The notes under the pieces are model-generated. The model was not told where the DNA came from. It did not search any database and was given only the letters and a program-made list of their open reading frames with translations. A stretch of DNA of 64,000 bases from the NCBI RefSeq assembly GCF_002113885.1, contig NW_018408909.1, forward strand, positions 130,922 through 194,921, written 5' to 3'. Position 1 is the stretch's first letter; each line of letters begins with the position of its first letter. This document shows, piece by piece, positions 38,901 through 53,900 of this stretch. The position numbers and the translations under genes are program-made. Source of the stretch: Mizuhopecten yessoensis. Taxonomy: Eukaryota.

Positions 38901-41900
38901 TAATAGTTAATTTGCTACTAAATTGTAAATAATCACGGACATTGTTATGAAAAAAATGTAAAATAGAGCTTATTGATAAACATTGTTTTGACTCACCAGA
39001 TTTGAATTATAAGCTTGTTTCCCAAATCTTTGAATATTTTGATTTGCTGAATGGAGTTTCATTATGAGATATACAATAAAATAATGTATATTTCATGTGA
39101 ATGTTTTACTTTTTGTTACAGTCAACATTGTCCATGCTGAACATTGAGTCTATCCTGAAGATCCTCATGCAGATTCTATATGATGCAGCCTTCCCCAGCG
39201 ACACCAACCCCGTCAACACAGGGACATGGGGCAGGGCAGAAGGTGTGTAGTATTGAAGTACTCTATCATTCTCAGAATCACTTGATATTGGCATTTGTTT
39301 GCATCAAAATATTTACATGATGTAAGATTTTTGCTTAAGTGTGTACAAATTACTACAGCACAAATGGTTCCGGTTTGTTTACCTGTATGACACATTTACA
39401 ATGATTTCTTATATGTGATGTTTCGCCCTGTATATATTTCAGTGGTACACTACTCCTGGTTGTTCCTTGTGTCCTGGGCCTACTCCAGTGAAGAAGTCAA
39501 ACATGCCCTGTGTTCAGCTCAGAACTTTGTTTCATGGCTTCGCAGGCTTACACTAGATGCACCAGAGGTAAACATAAATTATAAAACTCCTCCAGAATAC
39601 AGTTCATATTGTAAACGTCTTGTTAGATAAATTTAGTTTCTGTTGATATTGATTTGGCATTGGATTAGATGTACTGTGAGATTTATGTGATGACTTGTTT
39701 TTTTGCAGCCGTTTGTGAGACGTGAGGCATGCATGGGTCTGTACCGCCTGTGTCTGGGTCGTACTGCAGACAGTAAGACTGGCTACACTCTCCTCATGCC
39801 CATGTTAACTAGTCTCCTCAGCTTCCTCAATGAGGCCCTTACCATCAAACCTCAGCGCAACTTTGATGTAAGTATGACAAGCAATAGCGGTTATCATTGG
39901 TATAAACTGCCTTATGTATTAACACTTCCTTTTTATGCCAAATACAAATTACACACATAATACAAATATAAAGTTAATTATACTCTCTTGTACAGTTTCA
40001 ATTACAAAAAGTATGTAAATTTTACTTACCCCACAGTTGGATGGGCTGAAGGAGAAGGAACCCCAGGGACCGGGCTGTCGGGATTACTTCTGGCTGGTGT
40101 GTCGATTTGTTGACAGCATCTCTAAGGAGGATGCAAAGTCTGACAAGGTACTAGCACAATTAAATATTTTTCCACATTAACACAAAAACCCGAAATCAGA
40201 TCTATGTAAAATACCATGGATTTCTAACATGCAGTAAACCTGCTTTATACTGCTACCATTTGTCCATGAAAAAAGGATTGACAATGTGTAGAGTGAAACT
40301 GAAAGTCGAGAAAAATGGGACCTTGAAATACGTTGGAGATTAAGTTGGAAAATGAATTGAGGGATATTATATATGAGGTTTGACTGTACACTGTACACTT
40401 AATTATACAGACACCTAACAGATTTGCTAGATATGTTTTGCAAATAGATATTGTTAGATTAAACGAATACATGTAAATGGTACATGTTCTTAATTCCATA
40501 CTTATTGTATTACTGTTCAGGATGAGATTGTAAACATCAACAACCTTGCGAAGGACGTGTCAAACCACATCATTGAGCGACAATACCTAGAGACCAGACA
40601 GGGGTTTGAGGAGGACGATGGAGTCATAGGACTGCTCAACTTAATGACTGCCATCATCAAACACAACCCCACATACAAACCTTCACCAGAGGGACAGGTA
40701 ACCAGTCTTAATCATGAAACCTATTTTTCTCTCAGTCCCCGGTCAATATTGAATTTCTTCCCCTCATTTTATGCTGATGTTGAATTGTTTGTTACTACAG
40801 AGTTTCCTGGAGGAGGTGTTCTGGTTGCTGTTTGCACTTCCTTCTCCCAGTAAGAGATATCTTCCCAAGTGTAAGAGCCAGACAAGTCGCTCCTCAGCCT
40901 ACGATCTCCTGGTGGAGTTTGTCAAAGGCAGTGTTGACAACTTTGGAATACTTCACAAACTTATGATGAAGCAACACACTAAAGGTACATAAGCCATTTG
41001 TTATTGTTAAAATTACTAAAGGAACAATCATTGGATCTCATCGTCTGAAATATTCAATAGAGTTTAAGAAGAAGAAATGAATGGATGCGTTGTTAAAGAT
41101 TTGGAACATTCTGTTTCTTTACTTGTGAGTTTCTTGTCAAGGGGTGTTTTGTTTTGAAAATATAGTCCTCAAAAACTTGGACCAACCTATTACAAGTTGA
41201 ACTAATAAACTTTGGTTGGTTTCATTAATCAACTTTATGGGTAATATATAAGGGTATCATAGCATTAATAAAGACCCTACAAAAAGCTTTTTACTTGTGA
41301 ATAATATTTCAAGAATTCACCTGACTTGATATGAAATATCACTGATATTTATACAAAGAAAGACTTCTCAGTTTCAATTTTACATGTAAATATCAATTTG
41401 TAAATGGTTATCCCTGTTTTCCCAGATGCCCATACACCCTACCCCTGGGACTACTGGCCACACGAAGATGGGCGGTCTAAGTGTGGATATGTAGGGCTGA
41501 CCAACCTGGGGGCCACATGTTACATGGCCACCTGTATGCAGCACCTGTACATGTTACCACAGGCACGCCAGTCCGTATTACAGGCCAATGTAAGTTAACA
41601 GAAGTCTGTCATCTTCCTTGACAAAACTTGATTAGGTAAAAATATCAGATCATACACCTGTGATATGGAAGGTATCTTCAGTTTGTTTCCCAAAAGTCAC
41701 AGCTAAACTGTGTGGCTTTTTTTGTCAGAACACTTCAGGTTTCTGATTGCTAGCTGTCCATAAAATGTAACATTTGCTGTGAGGATTGTTTTAAGTAAAA
41801 AGGAATTCCATAACATTGCTACCTTGATCCAGATTTTTAGGTCACCTGAGCTTTGCTCAAGTGACCTATTCCAATCGCTTTTCGTCCGTCGTCGCCCGTC

Positions 41901-44900
41901 GTCCGTCGTCCGTCGTCCGTCTTGCGTCGTGCGTAAACTTTTACATTTTCAACTTCTTCTCAAGAACCAGTGGATGGATTTTTTTCAAACTTGGTCAGAA
42001 TCATTCTTGGTAGATGAGGCTTCAAAATTGTAAAATTGGGATTCCTACCCCAACCCCTGGGGCCAGGGCGTGGCCCCAAAGGGAAAATTATCCAATATTT
42101 CAAAAATCTTCTTCTCCAGACTCAGAGGTACTACACTCATTTTCTCTACGTGGAAAGAAAGATCATCAGGGACTATACTTAAATTGTAAATTTCAGGACN
42201 NNNNNNNNNNNNNNNNNNNNNNNNNNNNNNNNNNNNNNNNNNNNNNNNNNNNNNNNNNNNNNNNNNNNNNNNNNNNNNNNNNCGGGGCCCCAAAGGGAAC
42301 ATTTACCAATATTTTCAAATTCTTATCCATTGATGACATGACAAGTATTGTATTTCACTTAGTTTACATGCTGATTTCCACATCACATCTAAACAATAAA
42401 ATAAAGCTACCAGTATCTATGATATAACTCAGGTGACCGCTAAGGCCCTTGGGCCTCTTGTTTAAAAAAGCAATTGAAGAAAAATATTGCAGTAGAATAC
42501 ACATATTAAAAGAACACTTTTTAATTGCATATGGTAAATATCATAGTTTCTTGGAATCTGCAATCACGTGAAATGCTTTTAATTTTAAGGTAAATTCATC
42601 CTTATAACTATTTACAATGATTTCCATTTTATTTCAGTGTTCAAAACATAACAAGTATGAAGGTACCATGTCGGAGCTGAAGAAGATGTTTGCATATCTA
42701 CAGGTATAAACAATTGACTTACATTGATTTAGTGAACACGAACTATTTCTTCTCATGATATAAACTTGTATTATCAAGCAGTAATGCTTGTTTATGAACT
42801 TTTACTTTGCCTTCCTTTAATGTCAAATATGCAATGCTGTTTGAATGCTGTTTATGAACTTTTATTTTGCCTTCCTTTAATGTCAAATATGCAATGCTCT
42901 TTGAATGCTTGTTTATGAACTTTGATCTATTTTCTCAGTTTTAATTGATTTTCAAACGAAAATTATTGAGTAAAGGAATTCAGTGGCTGGATTACTTTCA
43001 TTTGTAGTAGTTTGCTGTAAACATGTCAATATTTTACTTTCCAATAGGAGAGTGAAAGAAAAGCATACAACCCTCGGAGCTTCTGTAAGACCTACACCAT
43101 GGACAAACAGCCTCTTAACACAGGGGAACAGAAAGACATGACCGAGTTCTTCACCGACCTCATCAGTAAATTGGAGGATATGTCGCCAGAAATGGTAAAG
43201 CTGTTTGATAATGGAAAACTGGGATATATTAGTATTAGGGCTCACCAAATTTTCCAAAATTCTTTGTTGACAATAAGGATAGCAAACATTATACAATAAG
43301 CATACTTTTACATGTTAAGAGCAGAAAACTTTTTGGAAAGGTACTTTTAGGGAAGAACATAACTTATCGCCATTTATCTGTGATTTTGTTCCCAAAACTG
43401 GAAAATAAGTGTTACAGTTAAAAACTTATCACTAGGAGGACATCAAAAGAAATTGTAGATGTAATTTCATTATTTGAAAAATAAAATAGACAGTTAAATG
43501 AAATAGATATATTTTTCTGTTTTCAGCACAAGCTAGTGAAGAGCCTGTTTGGGGGTATTCTGACAAACAACGTGGTGTCTCTGGTAAGTTCACTCCTAAG
43601 TCAAGGCTAATCTATCTATATGTTATACTCCACAGAGACCAAAACGGATTTAATACAGATCTAATGATCTTGACAAAATTTGCATCATGCAACGTTTGAA
43701 TTTGTAAAGTGTTTAAATCTGTACAGATAATTTCAAAAATAATACTGGGGTTCACTGGAAAAAGAATATTTTATTAAAAAAATTGAAAAGTTTATTTTCA
43801 GGGTTAGATCTCTTATAACTATGTTATATGTTGAAGAATTAAATTAAATTTAAATCCTGATTAAAAGACGTTTTGATTCCTATCCTTAAATTACTATAGA
43901 TTAACGTAAGTTTTGTTGATGTTTAGGATTGTCCCCATGTGAGTCGGACCCTGGAAGAATTCTACACAGTCAGATGTCAGGTCACAGACATGAAAAACCT
44001 CTACGTAAGTGTGATAGAGATATGGACAACAAGAGTCTTGAAAGTATCTTTGGTATGAAAGATAATTTATCACATAACATTACATCTAGTTTCTTCAATT
44101 TTCTGATATTTTCTGTAAAACATTTTAAATTTCTGATATTTTCTGTAAAACATTTAACCAAAGAAAGTCAGAACTTTCGTTATTGTGTTTCAGTTTGTTT
44201 TGTACATGATCTTATGTGAGATTATATCTGTGTTGACAGGAATCGCTGGATGAGGTGACGGTAAAGGATATGCTAGAAGGAGACAATATGTATACCTGCT
44301 CAAAGTGCCAGAAGAAAGTGCGTGCTGAGAAACGGTAGGTAGTATTTTCATCTAATCCATTAATGTCAGGCCATATTAACAGTAACAAGATTTTCATGTG
44401 AATGAGGTATCTGTATATAAAAGAGTAACAACTTGAATTAAATTAAATTTAAACAAATTTTAAAAAGTTGATAACAAATTTTGAATTGAATTCTCCAATA
44501 TATTTTCCTATCAGGGCATGTTTCAAGAGGTTACCGAGGATCCTGTGCTTCAACACCATGCGGTATACGTTTAATATGGTAACCATGATGAAGGAGAAAG
44601 TGAACACCCACTTCTCATTCCCCTTGTGTTTGGACATGTCTCAGTACATGGAGAAAACTCTCATGGGACCAGACAAACTCAAAGGTATGTCTAATAAGAT
44701 TCTTTCAACAAAGAGTACCATAATGGTCTACTTTTGGGTAGTGTTTGATTTGAAAACATATTGAAGTTGGTCACTTTTCTAGGAAGTATGACTCGCACCT
44801 GAGTGTCATGATTTGTGCTTGTGATACTGTCATGCACCACCTGGAAACTAGAAAGTAGTGAGTTTTACTTCTATGGTGTTTAGGAAGTTGTTCTATCAAG

Positions 44901-47900
44901 ACCTATATGTGTTCTGAAGCATTCTTCTCTGTATTCATGTGAAATAACTGGTAGCAAATGGATTTTAAAGAGCATAAAAATGGACAACTTTGAAAATATC
45001 GTCTGAAATATCTTTTGAAGTGTTTTACGTATCATTAATACTGCATTGCCATTCTTCCAACAGTGGATGATGATGAGGATGAGCGACTACAGATGCTGGA
45101 GATGGAGGATGATGAAGATGAAGGCTATGATTACGAGCTGACAGGTGTGACTGTTCACACAGGGACAGCTGATGGGGGCCATTATTACAGCTTCATACGT
45201 GACCGAATGCACACAACTGACAACGGCCAGGATAAATGGTGAGTGAATGTAACAGTAGAATCTTGTGGATCAACAAATTCAACAGATGTAAATCCTAATT
45301 GTTAATATTTTAGTGTTCACGTTGAGGTTTGAAGCATTTGCATCATAACAAATATTGGAAAAACTTTTATGTGTCTGATGTTTAATTTAATTTTTTAGAA
45401 AAAACTTGATCTTGAAATGGTTGAACTTTGATTTATGTTTTTTGTGCAGAAAGGTTGTCACTATTTAAAATGTAGAAACTATTTTCTCATGTAGGTACCT
45501 GTTCAATGATGCAGAGGTGAAGCCATTTGATCCAAGTCAGATTGCTACAGAGTGCTTTGGGGGAGAGATGACGGTAGGCTTGGAATGCAATACATTTTAT
45601 TTAAAACTTGACAATTTAAATATCAAGGAGTGATCTGTCAATTTAAATATCAAGGAGTGGTCTTAAAGAAGTCCAAAATAATTGTGGCTTAAATGTAACA
45701 CAGTATTTGTAAAAGTATTCAAGTAAATTAATTTTGTAATTCAAATTTGATTCTTTCATACATTTGTTCTGTGTTGAAATTTTTAATGATAGAAATTGTC
45801 TTAGCTTTTTTCCCAATTTTCAATATTTGCTTTTCTCTCTGCAGAGTAAAACTTATGATTCAGTGACCGACAAGTTCATGGATTTTTCATTTGAAAAGGT
45901 AAATAATAATAATGGCTTTATTGAGTAATACATCTGCTCCTGTTCAGTCCCTTAGCATGGAATGGATCTGTGGAAATCATAGACCAGACAAAGACTTGGA
46001 GTTAATCTAATAGTGATTGAAGTAACATGTTTGCAGCAAATTTGTTAAAGAGAAGATAAAAAATGCTTTCCATGTTAAAGGATTTACTTTTAAGCCCAAA
46101 GGAATTCCAGTGTAAATACACTTGATACTCTGACCCCAGCTTGTACAATATAAATTCCAATAGAAAGAAATATCAAATACGAAAATAATTCAAATGACAC
46201 CACAGGGGTTTTATGAATTTAAAATTTGATTGATTTCTTCCAGACAAATAGTGCTTACATGCTGTTCTATGAGAGATGTCCAGCAAAGAAAGACACTGAG
46301 GAGCCGAATAAGTTGTTAGAGGTTGAACCCGTCCAAAAGTTCAATTTTGAACTGTCAAAAGAATTGGCTGAGGTAGGTGTTCTGTGCAAAATTGTTGTTT
46401 TACTAAGTACAAACTATGAATCAGTGTGTATTAATGCAGCTTTGAACAGATTTTTGTCTCCACATAGAATTATCTGTCTCTTGTTAACAAAGTTTATGAT
46501 GTTGTCAACCTGTGTTGTTTTCTTTCTTTGAAGTGGATTTGGCAGGACAACATGCATTTTCTCCAAGACAAGAACATATTTGAACACACCTACTTTGGGT
46601 AAGTTAAGTTGTCAACTAGCATTTAGAGGACCTAAATCATGTAACAGTTTTCACTACAAATATATACAGATCTTTTATAAGTAAATGAAAAATAAAATCC
46701 GTCCAAATGGACACTGCATGATAGTTTATTAAGGAAAATTTTACTGAAATGAAGTTAAAAAAAAATATTAACAGATTTCTTGGCAATTGCATAATGTTTA
46801 TTTTCATTCTCAAATTGCAATACTGTAGATACAGACTCCAAATAAGATGTATGTGACTGAAATTGTCTGTATGAAATGACAGAGCGATATATTGAATATG
46901 TTCTGTTAAATAGGTTTATCTGGCAGATCTGTGGATACATCCCTACAACTCTGTCTAAAGATCCCCAGCTACAGGTGTCCCTCAGAGCCTCACAGCTTAG
47001 CACTTCCTTTGTCCTCGAGACCCTTATACATGCCAAGGAAAAGGTAAAATGCCTTCCTAATATATAATATGCATTTTCTATGATGTTAACTGTCCAAAAA
47101 GTAAAAGATACGTCTTTACCAATTAATGTTGTTAATTCTTTAGTTCAATAAAATTTTCAGTGAGCCAGCCAAACTTCAGTTTAATATTTAATGTAACTTG
47201 TAACCCTGCAAAACTCATTCAACTTTAAGTTAAGATAATTCTTCAGTAGAACATGGTCCACTAAAATGATTTTCTTAAATTTGTAGCTCTTGTTTAACAG
47301 GTTTATGCCTTGATAATCTGTAGTAAAGCAGGTCTTTAAAAAAAAAAATGCAATTTCACTCCCTTGTCATAGAAAAGTTATGGCTGACCAACAATGTAAG
47401 TGAAGTGAAACCCTGTTCATGTAGGTTTGTTAAACAAAGCACTTTTGTTGCCAGCCGACCATGCTGCAGTGGATAGAGCTACTGACCAAACAGTTTAACA
47501 CATGTCCTTCAGCGTGTGAGTGGTTCCTCGACCACATGGCCGAGAGTGACTGGTGGCCGATACAGATCCTCATCAAGTGTCCAAACCAGATGGTCAGACA
47601 GGTCAGTGCTTGTCTCTTTGAACTCACACTCAAACATACATCTAACCAGATCGGAATTACAGAAAGTGTCACCTTTATAACCTTATACATTTACAATTCC
47701 CTTCCCCTTTTCAATCCTTGATAATTGTTGCTTCTTAATATTTGTTTAAAGACATTGTTGGCATTGGACAAACTTAACTTTAACTAACACTGATTTTTGT
47801 GTTGTCTAGATGTTCCAGCGACTGTTGATACATGTGATCTCCCAGTTACGGTCAGCTCACATGGACTTGTACCTACAGCCGTTCATTGAGGGGTGAGTAT

Positions 47901-50900
47901 TGGTCTCTTAATTGTGTTAGATTAAAGACTTTATCTCATTAACAGTATATGATTAAATGAAGTCTAAGTAGTAATACCTGAAATCAGTCTATATGTAACA
48001 ATAATTGGAGCTAATGAACATTTGAGTGCTTAATTTTACAGGCATAGCTGAATGTTTCCTCTCTAGTGGAAATTTGATTGTATTCATGACTGTTTGCTCT
48101 GGTAATATAATACTGTGTGGTTGTTGCCTCCAGTGACGACGGTGAGATAGATGTATCAGAGTTGGGCACCAAGTCCTGTGTGACCAGGTTCATCAAGAAG
48201 ATGCTGACAATTGTGAGTATAAGATTGTAGGTAATGTCCCTTTGGTCTGACATGCTAAATGACATACAATGGAATCCTTCTGATGGCACAGCTGGGACCG
48301 AGTATATAAAAAATGTTCGGTTACACTGTTGCTCTTGTTGAACAGAAGTCCTATTTCTGCCAGACTTCTTGCCTCATAATCTGGTAAATCATAATCGTAT
48401 TTGATAATCAAGAAGTTGTCTGAAAAGAAACTTCTCAATATATGTTTTTGGAATCGGGGAACGTATTTGATATCACCCATGGCAGATTTTTATGCCATGG
48501 CTATATAGTGGGGTCATTAAGTGTTTGACTTTTCTGTCGGGCCATATGTTTGTCCTTCCATTCAGCTTTATTAGACGTCCTATTTAGCATCAAACTTCTT
48601 GTGGGATACATCCTGAGTACTGCACCGATATATCATTTGTAGGTCACTGTGACCTACATTTTTTTATTCACCAACATGGTTAGACATTGCATTTAGTGCC
48701 ATTTCATTGGTTAGATTTTGTGTTAAGCTCCATTTCCATCAAATAATGAGGCATATACATGTTTTACAATCATTTTCATGTTTTGTTTTATTAATTTTAA
48801 GTACAGACATGTTTTGACTTGAATTGTAATATACATTATATAAGATAATTAAAGTTACATGCCCTTTTTAAATGACCTTAGATATATTATGAAGCACAAC
48901 TAATGACCAAATATAACTTTCCCTTTACCTGTACTTTGCATTAATACAGATTGAGCATGGTGTGCGTCCCCACAGTAAGTACCTGACTGAGTACTTTGCC
49001 TTCCTGTTGGAGTTTGCAAAGATGGGAGATGAGGAGTGTTTCTTCCTTATTAACAGTAATGCCATCTCCACTATGATTGGTTTCTACATGGGACAGAAGG
49101 CTCAGGAAAACTATGTGAGTTCTTCTACCTGCATTTACCTTGTATACAACATTTAATTTACTGATACTTTAACTTCATAATAGAAACAAAGAATATGTGG
49201 TGTAAAAATCTCTTCTTAAGCAGTACATTTGATATCAAAGATGTTTTCAAAGTGTTGTTTTTGTAGTTAACGTTCATAATATATATGCTCTCGGATTGTT
49301 ATCTACATTGTATCTCCTCAAACTGTACCTTTGTGTGCATTTCACATTATCTGTTATATAGGTGGAGATCCCATCAGATGATGAGGAGGATGAGGTGATT
49401 ACAATCACTGATGATAACTATAAGCCAATGTCACTGGAAAAGATGATCACACTGATAGCTCTACTGGTGGAGAAGTCTCGTAGCGAGGACAACCAGCTTC
49501 ACATTTCTGATAAAGACTATAACTCTGTTATTGGAGGAAAGGTAAATAATAGCTCATTCTCAGTAATCTCTAGGGAGGCTTACTTTGAGGATAAAAAAGT
49601 AAAGAGGAATGTCAACAAGATAAAGGTTTGATGATAGTGTTTCACTGTGTTGTGAAGGAATGGATTGAAAAACTAAACATCAATCGAAGAAAGTTAAAAG
49701 TCCAAGTTTAGATTATTCAGGTACCCATTTATCTGCATGTAAGTGATGTCTATGAAAACAAAATTTTAATGACGACTGAATCTGTAGTAGGAATTTGAAT
49801 TAACAGTGCACAGCTGACTTTGCAAAATAGACTATATTCTTTAACCAGTATTACTAATAACAGAATAGCTAGTAGTATGGAAATTAATAATACACACATT
49901 GGCAGAATATCCTATCTGTTAAAGGAATAATAAATATTGGTAATACACAATGAAGAATAGCTAATCTAGTGTATAAATCAATAGCACACATTGCAGGTTT
50001 TATAGCTGATATCAATGCTGTATGGTGACAGAAAGGTTGATCATGTGAACCCACACTGCACATTGCCTTGTTATTATTGTGATTTTAGTAAAAGATAAAA
50101 AATTGAAATCTGGTGAAGTTACTGTATTACTGTTGAACTTATTTTGATTTTGCAGGGATTCCCATTCATGTCCAACCAGATCAGAGACAATATCAATGTA
50201 CGGCAGACCTGTAACCTCATCTTCAGCCTGTGTCGTTGGAACGAGCAGCTAGCTGTAGCGGTATGTATCTTTTAAACCTAGGACAGTGTACCAAGTAATG
50301 GTTTACTGATATTTGGTTACTCCTCGAGAAAATATTAATACAAACCCAGCAATTAAAAAAGCATAAATACAACACTGCAGGAAACTTTTTTTTTTTCTAA
50401 GTTAAACATATAAAAAAACATGCACAATTTAAATGATTCAATAGATAATTGAGTTCTTGTGCTTCGGATGGAAACCAGAAGAGTTAATTATGTAATCTGG
50501 AAATTATTTCAAAAAATGTGTTGTTGTTTGCAGATTGTTACTATGGTTTTCAGTGCTATAAAGAAGCTGAGTATTGAGGTAAGTTTACTATTTGGAACTT
50601 TCACCGTTTGCTTTTTGTATTGTCACCTAATGAATATTAATCTTGGAAATATGAAAATCCCACTTAGCATATTTAAATTAGAAAATGAAGTAGGAAATCT
50701 AATTTTATTAGAAAAGGAAGTAGGAAATCTACAGTTTTATTGAATGTGACATTATTAGAACCTATCCAAAATGTTACATATTTTGAGAACTGTGTTAAAC
50801 TGAATGCTAAGATTGTGGAAAAAAAGTAAATAATTGCATTGAACTCTGCATACATCTTTTACAGCATTCACAACCCTTCTTCAAATTGATGTCAATGCTT

Positions 50901-53900
50901 GTGGAGTTTGGGGGAGGACCTCCAGGGCTGCCCCCCTTCACTCAGTATGTCCTACAGAGATTCTGGGAGGTAAGTACATACAGGTCATCACAGTTCATTG
51001 TAGCATTATTGTTGTGAATAAGATGGGAAATATTGCCTTTTAAGGATCCCTGTACTACTGCCAAAAACTGTAACTACACTTTAGAAGAAACAAGAATTTC
51101 CGGCATGACAATGGTTTTGATCTATCATTTCTGAAAAGAAAATCATACCTTCTGGAAAAATCAACAACTGTTCTACAGTTTTATCCAAAATGGAATTAAG
51201 GGAAGGTTACTAAGTTTACAAAAAAGCATAATGCAATGGGTCCGGGATCCTTAACAGATATATTTTCAATTCAAAAACTGAATATTTAAAAGAACCAGAA
51301 ACATTTAGACAATCCTTGATCATTGTGTTGGTATTATCCATTGCTATGTGTCAGAAATGGTTCAATAACTCATCTTCTGGTCATCCTTCCAGCTGACCAA
51401 GAGCTGTCCACAGCCATGTCTGGAGTGGATGTCTACTCAAGTGACCAGGAACAAACTAGCCAGCCATTGGCTGCTGAACCAGATGGAGAGTTGGGTAGAG
51501 CCCTATCTAATAGCCAACAACAATGTTAGAGTCAGAAATGGTGAGATTCATTGGAAATACAATTTAATTTATATGAACAGCTTGTCAGAAATGGGGAGTG
51601 TAGTTGGAATATGAAATTGAAGCCTAATGCCTTGGTAGAGTGACCAGTGGCTGTTTTTCTGCAGGTGGTAAAGAAATTGTGATAAATGTTGTTTGTTTAT
51701 GGAAATGTAAGTTTTGTACATTTCTTTGCTAGAGTAATTATATACGAATTTTGAACATCTGTTAATAATTTGACAATGTACTGTCCTACTACTTTATAAC
51801 ACAACAGCATTATAATCAATATCACTGGTACCTGATAATTAAGAAATTATATAGAACTTAAAGTGTGTTAAATTAATATTTCTTGTTTGTCATATTTCAT
51901 GGATGATGCTTGTTGTTCCTTGTCTAAAGGGTAATTTTACAACAACAGAATAAAAAAATAACTTCAGTATCCAAACTGTTGAAAGTAAAATGTCTTTAGC
52001 ATCAACAGAAATTCTCTATACTCAAGTGATTTTGTCAATAAAAGCCTAAGTCATGGCAGTTAAAATCACATTAGAAGGAAACAGTTATTAGTTTGATGTG
52101 TTTGTTTTCCCTTGCAGCCACCGCATGTCTTCTTGTATCCCTTGTGCCAAGCAACCACTTCCGCCAAACATTTGTAGCCACACGTCGCATCCTTAGTCCC
52201 CAGAAAGAAATCTCAGTAAGTTTGGCTCATCTGTTTTTAGGCAACACACGACTTTGAAATGTTGGTGTTGTTTGTTTTAGATTATTTTAAATGAATGCTT
52301 CCAACCATTTACAGTAATAACAGACAAGAATTCAGATTCACATAGGTAATTTATGCTTTAATTAGTTTGAAAAATGTCTATGTCATTCATCGTTCCTTTC
52401 TTTCTGTTTTTTAGATATCAACAGAAGGTATCGTTGTATTACATCAGGTAAGATTGATTTCTTTTTAATGCTAATGAGAGAAGTTATTTATGATGCAGAA
52501 ATTTTTAAATAGCCATTGAAATTTCTGATAATGTTCATTGTATTGCAGATTGAGCAGATAAAGGTCAATTTTGTTTCATAACTACCAAGTTGTGTTGATT
52601 TACTATTCTTTCCTTTAACAATCAAAAGTAAAGAAATTTTTCATTTCTTTTCATTTCAAAGTTAAATATTTCATAGTTGATGACTTAAAGTTTCCATAGT
52701 TTCTTCGGGATGAAATTACAAAATGGTTATTTCCATCCTCACCTTATATGTTGTTGATTTGTTGTAGATCTTTAACCATTTGTTAAATCTCCTACAACGT
52801 GCCAAAGTGTATGCGGACTCCCAGAGTCACGGCACAACTAAACTGCTGAGCTATTTCACTGTACTGACCTACTGTCTCATCACTAGGGAGGAAAAACTCA
52901 TGGTAAATAGTTGGCAACATCCTTGGAAATTCTGTTTACTTTCTAGACATGTATTGAAATATGACTGATATTTTGTCAGGTTGAATGTAAGAATTTTTCG
53001 ACCTAGAATATTTCAAACTGTTAATGACTAATATAGATTACCAAATAAAAAATATGTAAACAGGAAGAAATGTTGAAAAGGATTACGAAAATTAAAATGT
53101 CCACCACTGCTAACAACATAGTGGACCTACCATTTATGTCAACAGCACATGGTAGTCCAATCGTTTTGGGCTTGCAACAGGCAAATAGCAAGTCATTTAA
53201 GAAATATGTTCATGTGAATAGCCATTTTAAAAGTATGCTGTTATATATATATAATGATGATAAAATACCTGTTATTGTAGTTCTCCAGTTACTTCGGTGA
53301 CCTATGGCAGCTGTTCCAACCCCGGCTCTGTGAGCCTCAGATCTCCATGCACCACAACAAGCAGGTGAGTACTGTCATCAGGCCACAGAATCACCAAGTT
53401 TCTAAACTTTGAGAATGATCTCAATTCTCAAAATTATATGGATTTTAAGGGCAATATTTCCTCAAACATCAGTTGAAATAGTAAAATATTTATGATATTA
53501 AGAAATCATCTCTTGCCTTGAAACAGGTAATGATTGTGGAAATTCTAATTATTTAATAGGGAGGAAATGTGAAATTTCAGAATATTTAGATTACTAAGTT
53601 AAAATGGTTGAAACCAGGGTCATTTTTTTTACATGAAATGAGTATGCACTGATTGATGTGTTAAGTGATTTGTATAAAAAGAGTCATGTTGTATTGAAAT
53701 CTTGGGTGTCTACATCAATGCTCTCCTGAACATAATGAATTTGTAAACAAGTGGTAAACAATAAAAAATAGTTTTGTGCACTTAACACAATCTTGTTTGT
53801 ACAAGTGTATAAACTTCTTCTCCTGCAGGCATTGCTGTACTTCTGGTATCAGGTGTGTCAGGACTGCCCTGAGAACATCAAACTCATCGTCACCAATCCC

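Noticed and set aside
44099-50731. Short two-copy intronic duplications (~44099-44155, ~45610-45659, ~50678-50731)
   Set aside because: Ordinary slippage duplications with no evident function
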